Under the pieces are notes generated by a model. The model was not told the DNA's origin. It saw only the letters and a list, made by a program, of their open reading frames with translations, and ran no database searches. A stretch of DNA of 64,000 bases from contig QJZC01000004.1 in NCBI GenBank assembly GCA_003247575.1, forward strand, positions 3,103 to 67,102. The letters are read 5' to 3'. Source of the stretch: Pseudomonadota bacterium. GTDB taxonomy: Bacteria > Myxococcota_A > UBA9160 > SZUA-336. The position numbers were made by a program, and so were the translations under genes. The first letter of the stretch is position 1. Every line of letters begins with the position of its first letter. Below are positions 19,709-30,022 of the stretch, piece by piece.

Positions 19709-21409
19709 ATGGGAGAAATGTCGCTCGAGGAGGTCCAGGCCCAGCTCGTCGCGCCTGGCTCGGCCTTCGAGATCGAAGAGGTCGAGATCCGCGGGATTCG
19801 AACGAAGACGTGGAAGAATGCGATTCCCACCTTGCGTGCGCTCACCGAGAACATGCGGGGATACGCAGACCGGATCTTCCTTGTGTACGAGGACGAGCGG
19901 GTCACCTACGCGCAAGCCTACGCCCGCATTGCCGCGTTGGCGCACTATCTGCGGGCCCAGCTCGGGGTTGCGCCAGGTGATCGCGTCGCCATCGCCATGC
20001 GCAACTACCTCGAATGGCCGATCGCGTTCTATGCGGTGACGTCGATCGGAGCCATTGCGGTGCCGATCAATGCATGGTGGAAGGGAGATGAGATCGAGTA
20101 CGGACTCGCGGATTCCGGCGCAGCGGTGCTGATCGCCGACCACGAGCGAGCGGAGCTCTTGGAGCCGCACTACCCGAAGCTCGAGCTGCGCGGTGTGCTG
20201 GTGGCGCGGCCCGCGAGTGCTCTGCGACCCGGGTTCGTCGATCTCGCGCAGGCGATGTCGAGTGCCACACCCGCGTTGCAGCTGCCGGAGGCGGACGTCA
20301 CTCCCGATATGGATGCGACGATCTTCTACACGTCTGGTACCACCGGGAATCCCAAGGGTGCGCTCGGAACCCATCGCAACCTGCTGACGAACGTAATCAG
20401 TGCGGCGTACTCCCAGGCGCGCGCTCAGATGCGTCGAGAGGGGACCGCTCCCGACCTGACACAGGAGCGTCCCCAGCGTTCCATACTGGTGTCCGTGCCC
20501 TTCTTCCACGTGACCGGAAGCCACTCCGTGCTGGCCGCGAATACAGCTGGTGGGAACAAGCTGGTGCTCATGCATCGTTGGAATCCCGAGCGGGCGCTCG
20601 AGCTGATCGAGCGGGAGCGGGTGAACCAGTTCGGCGGCGTACCGTCGATGGTGTGGCAGGTGCTCGAGTCTCCCGACTTTCACAAGCGTGATACCTCGAG
20701 TATCGCCGTCGTTGGTTACGGCGGCGCTCCCGCATCGCCCGAGCTCGTTCGGCGTATCAACGAGTCGTTTCGAACCGCGACGCCGAGCAATGGCTACGGT
20801 ATGACGGAGACCTCCGCGATCAGCACCGTGAACAATGGGCTCGACTACGTACGCAAGCCCGACAGCATCGGCACGCCCGTAGCGGTCGTCGACGTCAAGG
20901 TGGTGGACGAGTCAGGCAACGTCCTTCCGTGCGGCGAGGTTGGCGAGCTGTGCATTCGCGGCCCCAACATCGTGCGGGGCTACTGGAACAAGCCCGAAGC
21001 GACGGCAGCGACCTTCCGCGATGGATGGTGTCACTCTGGGGACGTCGCGAGGATAGACGAAGAGGGCTTCGTCTATATCGTGGACCGCGCCAAAGACATG
21101 TTGATTCGCGGTGGCGAGAACATCTACTGCGTCGAGGTCGAGGACGTCCTCTACAGTCACCCCGCGATCATGGATGCCGCCGTCGTGGGCATTCCGCACC
21201 CGGTCCTCGGGGAGGAGGTGGGGGCGGTGGTTCAGGTCGTCCCCGGTGCCCGCGTGAGTGAGCGCGAGCTCCGAGACTTCGTCGCGGAGCGCTTGGCGCG
21301 CTTCAAGGTGCCCGTGCGGATCGACCTGAGGATGGAGCCGCTCCCTCGCAATGCCAACGGCAAGATCTTGAAGCGGGAGCTGCGCGAGAGCATGATCGCG
21401 ACGACCTGA
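19709..21409 (+). CDS. Long-chain acyl-CoA synthetase (AMP-binding family)
   Basis: YTSGTTGNPKG, GYGMTET, SGD, DRAKDMLIRGGENI, LPRNANGK; purine-rich RBS. Confidence 0.93.
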   Translation: MGEMSLEEVQAQLVAPGSAFEIEEVEIRGIRTKTWKNAIPTLRALTENMRGYADRIFLVYEDERVTYAQAYARIAALAHYLRAQLGVAPGDRVAIAMRNYLEWPIAFYAVTSIGAIAVPINAWWKGDEIEYGLADSGAAVLIADHERAELLEPHYPKLELRGVLVARPASALRPGFVDLAQAMSSATPALQLPEADVTPDMDATIFYTSGTTGNPKGALGTHRNLLTNVISAAYSQARAQMRREGTAPDLTQERPQRSILVSVPFFHVTGSHSVLAANTAGGNKLVLMHRWNPERALELIERERVNQFGGVPSMVWQVLESPDFHKRDTSSIAVVGYGGAPASPELVRRINESFRTATPSNGYGMTETSAISTVNNGLDYVRKPDSIGTPVAVVDVKVVDESGNVLPCGEVGELCIRGPNIVRGYWNKPEATAATFRDGWCHSGDVARIDEEGFVYIVDRAKDMLIRGGENIYCVEVEDVLYSHPAIMDAAVVGIPHPVLGEEVGAVVQVVPGARVSERELRDFVAERLARFKVPVRIDLRMEPLPRNANGKILKRELRESMIATT

Positions 21410-21608
21410 GGGGGACGTGCATGCTCCCATTCTGCTTCCGCTTCGGCCGGCGGTCTGACTATGATGCTTTGGGTCAGGTTTCTATCCCGGAGAGACCTAA
21501 GGGAAACTAACAGAGCCAAGTGCGGGTCGAGCAGACGGCTCGGGGTCCGAGCCGTGTCCTTCATCGGGTCTAGCTTGATTATGTTGAGGTTGAATTTATG
21601 CAAGGTGG

Positions 21609-24600
21609 ATGGATTTGATCTATCGCTTTGATGAGTTCGAGCTCGACGGGCATCACTACGAGCTGCGTTGTCGAGGTGAGGTGCGGCCCCTGCCGCGGAA
21701 GGGGTTCGATCTTCTCCGCTATCTGTTGTCCCAGGCTGGGCGTGTGGTCAGCAAGGAGGAGATCTTCGAGCAGATCTGGCCTTCGCTCGCTGTCAGCGAA
21801 AACGTGCTGCCCGTGACGATCCGGACGATCCGCCGCGTCCTGCGGGACGAGGGCGGAGTGCTTTTGCGCACCGTGAGGGGGCGCGGCTACTCGATCGTGT
21901 GTCCCGTAACCGAAGAGAGTCCCGAGCGCGCCCAAGCGGGACCGGAGCCCGCGCCTGAGCGCGGTTTCGTAGGGCGCGAAGCGCTCATGCAAGACCTCGA
22001 AGCGCAGTTCCGCGCTGCGCAGGCCGGCGAGGGACGCATCCTCTTGATCCACGGTGATGCCGGGGTCGGGAAGAGCCGCGTCCTGGACGAGCTAGTGCAC
22101 CTACTGCGCCCACGCACGCGGCTGATCTTGAGGACGCGTTGCAGCTCCGAGCCGGGAGTTCCCCCGTATTGGCCTTTGAGCCAGGCTCTCGAGCAGGCTC
22201 AGGGCCTCTTCGAGCCGCCTCCGGGCAGCGGTGAGCCCTCCGATGGAGGCGCGGGGAGCGCGCATGCGGCCGGGGGGACCTACGCGAGTCTGGTCGAACT
22301 CCTCGATCCCGAACTGAATCGCGGGGTGCCGCCAGCGGAGGTTCGATTCAGGTTCTCGCGCACGGTGATTCGCTATCTCCAGGAGCTCGGATCGTCGGCT
22401 CCGGTCGCGATTCTGCTCGACGATCTGCACGAGGCCGATCTCGACACGCTCCATGTCGTCGAATCCGTAGTGCGCGAGATCGCTGGCGTGCCCGTGCTCA
22501 TCGCCGCGAGCTACCGACAAGGTGGGAGTCGCCGCGGCGGCGAGCGTTCCTACCTGTTGGCCCGAATCGCGCAGGCTACGAATGCGCACCAGATTCGCCT
22601 CGTGGGCTTCGATGAACGCGAGATCGCGCAGTTCATCCAGCAGGAGGCGGGCGTCGAGCCGCGTGCCGAGTTGGTGGCGGCCTTGCGCGAGAAGACGGAA
22701 GGCAATCCCTTCTTCCTGCGAGAGACGGTGCGATGGCTACTCGAGGAGGGTGGCATCGACGAGAACTGCAACCTCGCGGAGCTCGGACTGCCCGCGACTG
22801 TGCGAGACGTCACTCTGCGCCGTCTCGACGTGTTGTCCGAAGAGTGTCGCTTGCTGCTCAGCTGGGCGTCGGTCATCGGAAGTACCTTCACGATTCCGGT
22901 GCTGGAGCAGGTGACCGAGATGTCGAGTGATACCATTCTGCTTCAGCTAGGGGACGCCGAGAACGCGCGTATCATTTCGAGCCGTGACCCGAGCGGCCCG
23001 CCCCGTCCTCCTGGTGAGTACGGGTTTGCGCACGCTCTGACCGCAGAGGCGCTCTACCAGGAGATCTCGGCTCCAGAGCGCGTGCGGCGTCATCGTCGCG
23101 TAGCCATTGCCCTCGAGGTGGTGAGTGGCCGCTCGATCACGGAGAGAGTGGGCGAGCTCGCGCACCACTTCTTCCAGGCCGCGCCAGCAGGTGAGGTCGA
23201 CCGTGCTGGATATTATGCGATCCAGGCGGCGGAACGTGCGCTCGAGATGTTTGCCTACGACGACGCTGTCACCCAGTTCCGCAATCTGCTCACGATCGAG
23301 GAGATGCGTGTGCCGCGAGATGACGTGCGCTACTGCAATGGCCTCCTCCGGTTGGGAGATGCACTGTCACGCACCGGTCGCTACGCGGACTCCGAGCAGA
23401 CCTTCCTGCGGGCTGCGGAGCTTGCGAGCCACCTGGATTCTGCGGAGCTGTATGCCCGAGCGGCACTGGGGGTCGCGGGCGATCCGTTCCGACGCGTTGG
23501 CCCCGAGTTCAAGGAGGATCCGGCACGCCCTTCGGCGCGCGAGCTCCTGGAACGCGCAGTGGAGTGGATGGCGGAGGGGAGTCTCGAAGTGCGCGCGCGC
23601 ACTTGTGCCGCGTTGGCGCGACGCATGGTCGGGTCTGGCACCCGCGCCGAAGAGCTCGCACAGCGCGCGGTAGAGCTGGCTCGTGACGCGGATAGTCGCA
23701 CGGCCTTGTTCGACGCGCTGATGGCGCAGCTCACGGTCCTGGTGGGACCCGAGCACACGGAGGCCCGCCTCCTCCTGGCGGACGAGGGTGTGCAGCTCGC
23801 GAAGTCACTGGATGCAAAGCCGCTGCTGGCGCAGGCCTACGCGGCTCGAATTTCGCTGCTCATCGCCATAGGGGATATGGACGCCGCCGATCGTGATATT
23901 GCAGCTTTCGTTGCGCTAGCGAAGCGCCTGCGCGTGTCGCGCTACATGTACGACGCGCTTCGATTTCGTGTATGCCGTGCCGTGGGGAGCGGCAGATTCG
24001 AAGAGGGCCGCCAGCTGACGAATCGACTGCTGGAGCTGGGTCGCGAAGTCGGCGATCCCGCGGCGGGTTGGATCGCCGGCTCGAATGGGATGGCGATGCT
24101 CAGCTTCGTGGAGAGAAAGCGCGAGATTCTGCGCGCTGCAGCCGAGTCCATCGCCTCGCAAGAGCATATGGAGGGGCCTACGGCTGATACGTTCGCCGCG
24201 TACTTCGCGATGAGCTCGGGCGACAAGCAAGTGGCTCGAGCGAGGTTGGAGCGAGTGGCCGCTGATGGGTTCGCGCACTACCCGAAGACGGAGGACTGGC
24301 TCTGGAATCTCTCGCTCTTGGCGGACGTATGCGTGAGCCTGAGAGACGTGAAGCGCTCCGAGCAGCTGTATGAGCTACTGCTCCCTTACGCGCACCTGAA
24401 CGTCGTGAACCGGCTGTCCAACTATCGAGGCTCGCTAGCCAGTGTCCTCGGCCGGCTTGCACTCATTCTGGGGGACCGAGAAGCTGCGAAGGCCCACATG
24501 CAGGCTGCGATCGAATTCAATCGCAAGCTCGGCGCGTCGGTCACGGTGCTCGTGAACCGATTTTTCTATGCGGTGGCACTCCGACTGGGAGCGCCTGCAG

Positions 24601-24710
24601 AGCGTGCTGAAGCGCGGACGATCTTCAAGGAGGTTCTCGCCGAGGCGCCGCGCTACGGAGTGCTTCCATTCATCGAGAGGATGCGGCGAGAGGCCGGTGT
24701 CGCGTTCTGA
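21609..24710 (+). CDS. Winged-helix (OmpR/CadC-type) + AAA/STAND ATPase + TPR-like transcriptional regulator
   Basis: N-terminal YRFDEFELD...TVRGRGY; FVGRE; GDAGVGKS; LLDDLHEAD; TEGNPFF; helical repeats. Confidence 0.9.
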   Translation: MDLIYRFDEFELDGHHYELRCRGEVRPLPRKGFDLLRYLLSQAGRVVSKEEIFEQIWPSLAVSENVLPVTIRTIRRVLRDEGGVLLRTVRGRGYSIVCPVTEESPERAQAGPEPAPERGFVGREALMQDLEAQFRAAQAGEGRILLIHGDAGVGKSRVLDELVHLLRPRTRLILRTRCSSEPGVPPYWPLSQALEQAQGLFEPPPGSGEPSDGGAGSAHAAGGTYASLVELLDPELNRGVPPAEVRFRFSRTVIRYLQELGSSAPVAILLDDLHEADLDTLHVVESVVREIAGVPVLIAASYRQGGSRRGGERSYLLARIAQATNAHQIRLVGFDEREIAQFIQQEAGVEPRAELVAALREKTEGNPFFLRETVRWLLEEGGIDENCNLAELGLPATVRDVTLRRLDVLSEECRLLLSWASVIGSTFTIPVLEQVTEMSSDTILLQLGDAENARIISSRDPSGPPRPPGEYGFAHALTAEALYQEISAPERVRRHRRVAIALEVVSGRSITERVGELAHHFFQAAPAGEVDRAGYYAIQAAERALEMFAYDDAVTQFRNLLTIEEMRVPRDDVRYCNGLLRLGDALSRTGRYADSEQTFLRAAELASHLDSAELYARAALGVAGDPFRRVGPEFKEDPARPSARELLERAVEWMAEGSLEVRARTCAALARRMVGSGTRAEELAQRAVELARDADSRTALFDALMAQLTVLVGPEHTEARLLLADEGVQLAKSLDAKPLLAQAYAARISLLIAIGDMDAADRDIAAFVALAKRLRVSRYMYDALRFRVCRAVGSGRFEEGRQLTNRLLELGREVGDPAAGWIAGSNGMAMLSFVERKREILRAAAESIASQEHMEGPTADTFAAYFAMSSGDKQVARARLERVAADGFAHYPKTEDWLWNLSLLADVCVSLRDVKRSEQLYELLLPYAHLNVVNRLSNYRGSLASVLGRLALILGDREAAKAHMQAAIEFNRKLGASVTVLVNRFFYAVALRLGAPAERAEARTIFKEVLAEAPRYGVLPFIERMRREAGVAF

Positions 24711-24778
24711 AACGGGGTGGCTGATCACTCTGCTCGAGGTCGGCCGCGCGTCGTCGTACCCCGAGATCCGCCGTACGC

Positions 24779-25819
24779 CTACACCCGTTGCTCGTGTGCA
24801 GTCGCCTCCGCTTGCTGTGCGCTGAGCTGGATCGCCCGCTCCGTCCTATATCGATGCGGAGTCTCGTTATACCAGCGTTTGAAGGCGCGATGAAATGCCG
24901 CGACCTCAGCGAACCCGAGCAGTTGGGCGACCTCGGCAACACTGAGCCCATCCTCGACCAGATATCGCGTGGCCAGACTTCGTCGAAGCTCGTCCAAGAG
25001 CGCGCGAAAGCCAGTGCCTTCCTGGTCGAGGCGCCGGCTCAGGGTCCGACGACTCATGCGCAGACGTGCGGCGACCGTGTCGGCACAGACGCGACCCTCG
25101 CGAATCTGCTCCGATAGGATCCGTTGAACGCGATGAGAGAAGCTCGGCTGGGAGCGTAGGGTGCTGACCTCGCGGTCTGCCCAGCGCCTCAGCAGGTCGT
25201 GTAGGCGCGGATCGGCCGTGGGTTGAGGTACGTCCAAGAGCTCGGATGGGATCGCGAAGCCGTCGAACCGGGAGCAGAAGACCAGATTGCAGTCGCCGAA
25301 GGTCTTGCGGTACTCCGAGAGATCGGCCGGTGCGGAGTGTCGGAACGAAACGCTGATGCTGGGGTGAATCGGTTGGCGCCACCAGTGTCGAATGACTTCG
25401 AAGAGAAGTGCGCTCTTGAACTCCGTCGCGACTCGGTTCAACGGGACGCCGCTGTCGAAGCAGACATGGGTAGTCTCCCCCTGGTCGCTCAGCTTGAAGC
25501 TGCAGGCGTCGCTGATCAGGCGGACGTATTCCGACAGTACCTGGAAGCCGTGGCGAACACTCCGCGAGGAGAACGCCAGATACTCGAGCAAGTCGTAGTC
25601 TCCGCGCTTGACCTCGCGAGCAGCTCGTAGCCCCAAGGTGAGGTCTCCCGTCGCCTGCTGTGCCTGGTCCAAAAAGTGAATCGCCGTGGAGATCGAGATA
25701 CGCTGTTCCGGCTGGACGCCCTCGAACTCTTCGAGCAAGTATGCGGGGGCTCGAGCCTCTCGCTTGAGCAGCGAGATGAACGGCGCGAGAACGCGCATGG
25801 ATACGCATGTTTCTGACAT
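24779..25819 (-). CDS. AraC family transcriptional regulator
   Basis: C-terminal VAARLRMSRRTLSRRL...VAQLLGFAEVAAFHRAFKRW..TP; N-terminal ligand-binding domain. Start set at ATG 25819. Confidence 0.92.
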   Translation of the reverse strand: MSETCVSMRVLAPFISLLKREARAPAYLLEEFEGVQPEQRISISTAIHFLDQAQQATGDLTLGLRAAREVKRGDYDLLEYLAFSSRSVRHGFQVLSEYVRLISDACSFKLSDQGETTHVCFDSGVPLNRVATEFKSALLFEVIRHWWRQPIHPSISVSFRHSAPADLSEYRKTFGDCNLVFCSRFDGFAIPSELLDVPQPTADPRLHDLLRRWADREVSTLRSQPSFSHRVQRILSEQIREGRVCADTVAARLRMSRRTLSRRLDQEGTGFRALLDELRRSLATRYLVEDGLSVAEVAQLLGFAEVAAFHRAFKRWYNETPHRYRTERAIQLSAQQAEATAHEQRV

Positions 25820-26292
25820 GGAGCAGGACCTCCTCGGTTCGGTCGCAGGCAGGGCACGTCCGCTTCGAACCCTGTGCGACCGCCGAGCAGTGCGATCGCC
25901 GACCACGGACGCGCCGGCCATCTGACACCGGACGAGGCGTCGACCGGACGCGTCGTTGGAGTCTAGATGACATGCTGCAAGTCGAGCCTATCAGCTATCC
26001 ACCTTCGAGCGGGGCTCGCTACTGCAATACGCAGCATCTTTTCATCTACTGAATGGGGCCGGAATATTGAGGATTTGCGGGTATTTATGGGGTTTTCATC
26101 GAAACCTCATCGATTCGGTGTGTAAGTCGCATCAACGGGTCCAGGGCGCGACACCGGCGTCGTACACGGAAGCCAGCCACACTGGGTGCTGTTCAAAGGT
26201 AGCTGCGTGTTGGGGCCCACGACGGGTCTGTCCGTACTGACGGCCGCTGGCTGGCTTCGGCTCGAGTTGCGCTCACCTTGCTTGGTAGAGGG

Positions 26293-26320
26293 TAAACCCG
26301 CGCTCACTGCGGGCCGATAG
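26293..26320 (+). promoter_or_regulatory. Candidate sigma28 promoter of the degenerate IOR gene
   Basis: TAAA-N16-GCCGATAG, ending 10 nt before ATG 26331. Confidence 0.45.
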
Positions 26321-26330
26321 AACCCGCAGA

Positions 26331-29300
26331 ATGGCGGAAACGTCGCGCACTTGGCCCGTTCTCTGGGACCGTTTTCACAAAGCCGAGGGACGGGTTCATC
26401 TTACCGGCTACGAGGCGGTCGTTCGGCTGATGCTCGACCACGTGCGGCTCGAACGCAGGGCAGGGCGACGTGTAGCCGCGCTCTACTCTGGCTGTCCTGG
26501 TAGCTCGATGGACGCGCTCGTCGATCTACTCGATGCGCTCGAGCCCTTGCTCACGGATCATGATACGCGCTTCGTTCCTGCGCTGGACGAGGCCCTGGCA
26601 GCGGAAGCGATCGTCGGCACTCAGGCGCTGGATCTATTTCCGCACTCGCACCACGACGGCGTGCTCGGTGCGTGGATCGGGTCGGCCTCTGGGCTGGAAC
26701 GCGCCCTGAGTGTCGTGCGGCGCGCCAGCTATCAGGGAGTGTCGCGCTTCGGGGGTGCGCTCGTACTCGTGGGCGACGATCCATCCGGGGCGAGCACGGG
26801 GATGCCGACCTACTCCGAGAGTGCGCTCGCTCACGCCTTCGTACCGGTCTTCTATCCCGCGGACGCTGCGGAGATCCTGAGCTTGGGACGTCACGCATTG
26901 GCGATCTCTCGCTTTGCTGGAACCTGGGTCTCGCTCAAGCTCGTGCGCGACGTCGTGGCTGGCGGCATGATCGTGACACTCGAACGGAATCCGTTCGAGC
27001 CTCAGCTTCCGAAGCTCGAATTCGCGGGACGAGCATTCGAGAAGCGCCTCGAGCCCTCGCTGCGGCGCGCCGCGATCCGCCGCAGCGAGCATGAGTTGGT
27101 CTATGAGCGCCTCGAGGCGGTCCAGAGATACGCCGATCTGAATGAGCTGAATCCAGTCGAGCATCGTCATGCGCGCGATCGCCTCGGGATCGTCGCCAGC
27201 GGTCGCCTGTATCGGGAGCTCCAGAGCGCCTTCGAGCTGTTGGGCCTCGATGCGGCGGCGCTCGGAAAGCTGGGGATTCGGGTTCTGCGTCTGCAGCTGC
27301 TCTATCCCATCCCCAAGCGTCGTCTGCGTGAATTTGCCGAGGGGCTCAGCGAAGTCATCGTGCTCGATGATCGACGCGGGTTCATCGAGGATCAGATTCG
27401 GATCGGACTGTGCGATCTGACTTCGCCGCCGCGCGTGCTGGGCCAGCGCGATCGCCGTGGGGCACCCTGGCTTGCTCGTCATGCCGAGGTCACTGCGGAG
27501 TCGCTCGCGCTCGATTTGGGGCCCTACCTGGCGCGGCAGTACGCGCCTTCGGGAAGCGACCTGCCGGTCCTTCAGCGGCTTCACAAGAAGGTCGATCCAG
27601 AGACGGGAGAGGCGCGCATCGTTCCCGTTCAGGGACCCGACGTGGTGCGGGATGCCCTCGTGAGCCGCATCGCGGAGCTCGGAATCGCGCGCCATCGCCT
27701 GCCGAGCGCGTGGAGCGTGTCGGAGGCGTGTTCACGCGCCGAAGAAAGCAGTGCCGCCTGCCCATCGGGGGAGATGGGGCCCCTCTCCGAAGAGGTGTAT
27801 GGCGTCGGATCGGTGTCGAGCTGGATCGGGCTTGCTCCCTACATCCACACGCGGCATCGCTTCGTGCGGCTGCCACGAACCCTGCCCTGGCACAGATCAC
27901 GGCTCGTGATCCAGGCAGCGATCGATGCGGGGGTCACCGTGACCTACGTGTTGCAGCTGCATTCGATCTCCGGGGGGCGTGACGAACGTCGCGCAGGAAA
28001 ACCCGTCGGCGACGCAAGCGCCGTTGCGAGCGAGAGACGCTGTCGGCCATCGCGTGCCGATTGCATCCGCGCACTCCTCGCCGAGGGGGTCGCGCACGTA
28101 GTCGCTCGGATTCACGACCCAGCGATCGATGCATTGGCCGAGCGAGATCCGAGAGTCGAGGTCGTGCGCACGCAGAACATCGAGCAGATGCAGCAGCGGT
28201 TGGCCGCTCAGTCTGGGGTCAGCCTGTGGATCGAGCAGGAGCCGGCGGATTCCCTCACCGAGCTGCAGCGGCGCGTGCCCGTTTGGGCCTTCCCCCCGGA
28301 ATCGTTCGGGCCGAGCTGGTCAGAGCTGTTCGACATCGAGGGGGAGTGGGCTCCTGGGCCGGCGTATCGAGAGCTCGAACAGCTCGTCCTGGATGAGCCT
28401 GATCTCCCGACGGAGGGTGCGAGGCGCGTTCAGCTGTGCGCTTCCGGTCCTTCTGCGGAACGCATCATCGACGTCATCGTGCGAGCGGCCGAGATCGAGG
28501 GGCTTCATGCTGTGCATCTGGCCTGCCCGCACGGGCCTCAGCCCGCTGCGTCCGACTGGGCCAGCTGTATCCTGAGCTCTACACCGATCCCGGGATCCGC
28601 GCGGGTCGTGCTCGAAGGGGCGAGCTGCGTGTTCGCATCGAGCTTCGAGCTCCCGCCCAGCGCCTCAGGTGATCGCGTACTGTCACCGGAGAGGTCGCTG
28701 GTGCTTCTGCACCGGCCAGCAGCTCCGGATCGGATCGTCGGCACCCGGAGCTCCGCGACGGACGTGCAACACAGCTGGGATGCGCGTTGCCGGGAGCTCC
28801 AGGTGATAGACGCGCGCGAGCTCTGTCGCAGCGTGCTCGGGGCACCGCAGCACCATCCGATGGTGCTCCTTGGGATGGCTGCCCAGCGGGGTAGGCTGCC
28901 CTTTGCAAGTGCTGGGCTCGAGTGTGCGATTCGCGACCGCGAGTCCGATCTGGAAGGGAGCCTGCTGGCCCTGCGGCTGGGCCGGGCCGTTGTCGCGGCC
29001 CCCGAGGTCGTGGAGAGATGGATGCGCGCGGCGCTGGATCATGACAGTGCCCACTCTCTCCGGACGGCCTCCGCGTCTGCGGGCCGCCCCGATGATCCAC
29101 ATGCGATTCTCGAGCGAGCGTTGGCGCCTTTCACGGATCGACGAGTGGCCACCGGTGCGCTGGAAGCGCTGTCCAGGCAGGCCCGCGAGCTGGCGGACTA
29201 CCAGGACCTTGCCTACGCCACCCGGTTCGCGTCCGTCGTCGAGGTTCTACTCGCTTCAGAGGCCCGAAGTTCGGAGCTTCGCCAGCCTCTGCTCTCGGTT

Positions 29301-29834
29301 CGAGCTGCCGACGTCTTGGCTGAGCTGATGCTGACCCCGGACTTCTACGAATCTGCTCGGCAGCGTCTGCGGGGGAGGTATCGGCTCTGGCTCGAAGGGC
29401 GCTCGAAGCGCCTCAGGCTCCGCCACCGCCTACGATCCGCGCTCTGGCCTACGCTCCAGCGAACAAAGTCCGCGTGGGAGGGCGCCGGAAGCCCGCTGCC
29501 CACCGCCGAGATCTCCGTCTCAGCACGCTGGGGGGATTGGCTGCTGGCGGTCGTCGTTTCCGCACGTCGGCTGCGCAACTCGGTGCTCGACCCTGCGCGA
29601 CTGAGTCCGCGGGTCAGGTTGCTGCGCGCACGGCGCGAGTTCGGGGTCGCGTGTCTGGGACGTCTCGGTGAGCTGTGGGCGCGGAGATCCTCCGAGGGGA
29701 TCGAGAGCGACAACGTGGTCGGGTTCTGCATCGAACAGCTCCACCATCTGGCGGCGCTCGATCCGAGTGAGGTGGACTCAGTCCGCCGCATCGAGGCGCG
29801 CATCGAGACCCGCCTGGAAGGCGAGCGCGAATGA
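26331..29834 (+). CDS. Indolepyruvate ferredoxin oxidoreductase (fused alpha/beta) homologue, catalytically degenerate
   Basis: LTGYEAVVR, GGALVLVGDD, AISRFAGTWVSLK, RLGIVASG, FAEGLSEVIV, LADYQDLAYA retain the IOR scaffold over about 1170 aa. TPP and Fe-S motifs are not recognisable. Confidence 0.8.
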   Translation: MAETSRTWPVLWDRFHKAEGRVHLTGYEAVVRLMLDHVRLERRAGRRVAALYSGCPGSSMDALVDLLDALEPLLTDHDTRFVPALDEALAAEAIVGTQALDLFPHSHHDGVLGAWIGSASGLERALSVVRRASYQGVSRFGGALVLVGDDPSGASTGMPTYSESALAHAFVPVFYPADAAEILSLGRHALAISRFAGTWVSLKLVRDVVAGGMIVTLERNPFEPQLPKLEFAGRAFEKRLEPSLRRAAIRRSEHELVYERLEAVQRYADLNELNPVEHRHARDRLGIVASGRLYRELQSAFELLGLDAAALGKLGIRVLRLQLLYPIPKRRLREFAEGLSEVIVLDDRRGFIEDQIRIGLCDLTSPPRVLGQRDRRGAPWLARHAEVTAESLALDLGPYLARQYAPSGSDLPVLQRLHKKVDPETGEARIVPVQGPDVVRDALVSRIAELGIARHRLPSAWSVSEACSRAEESSAACPSGEMGPLSEEVYGVGSVSSWIGLAPYIHTRHRFVRLPRTLPWHRSRLVIQAAIDAGVTVTYVLQLHSISGGRDERRAGKPVGDASAVASERRCRPSRADCIRALLAEGVAHVVARIHDPAIDALAERDPRVEVVRTQNIEQMQQRLAAQSGVSLWIEQEPADSLTELQRRVPVWAFPPESFGPSWSELFDIEGEWAPGPAYRELEQLVLDEPDLPTEGARRVQLCASGPSAERIIDVIVRAAEIEGLHAVHLACPHGPQPAASDWASCILSSTPIPGSARVVLEGASCVFASSFELPPSASGDRVLSPERSLVLLHRPAAPDRIVGTRSSATDVQHSWDARCRELQVIDARELCRSVLGAPQHHPMVLLGMAAQRGRLPFASAGLECAIRDRESDLEGSLLALRLGRAVVAAPEVVERWMRAALDHDSAHSLRTASASAGRPDDPHAILERALAPFTDRRVATGALEALSRQARELADYQDLAYATRFASVVEVLLASEARSSELRQPLLSVRAADVLAELMLTPDFYESARQRLRGRYRLWLEGRSKRLRLRHRLRSALWPTLQRTKSAWEGAGSPLPTAEISVSARWGDWLLAVVVSARRLRNSVLDPARLSPRVRLLRARREFGVACLGRLGELWARRSSEGIESDNVVGFCIEQLHHLAALDPSEVDSVRRIEARIETRLEGERE

Positions 29835-29897
29835 GGTCTACTTCATCCGAGCTCGCATGAGGTGGATCCCCGAGTCTGCGGGGAACACGCGTTTCTC

Positions 29898-29940
29898 AAA
29901 AAACGAGAATCGCCGCCACGAGACTCCGTGGCGGCGATTC
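29898..29940 (-). terminator. Rho-independent terminator of the TonB/Ttp operon
   Basis: Perfect 14-bp stem GAATCGCCGCCACG / CGTGGCGGCGATTC with a 6-nt loop; the A-tract at 29898-29903 gives a U-tract on the minus strand. Confidence 0.75.
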
Positions 29941-30022
29941 AGTCAGTCTTCTGCGAGTCAGTGGAGCGCGAGGCGTGCGAGATCGGTCCGAGCTTGCACG
30001 CGGCGCGGCATTCAGGCTAGAG

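Noticed and set aside
26331-29834. Calling the IOR homologue a pseudogene
   Set aside because: Reading frame is intact and full length, with no stops or evident frameshifts.
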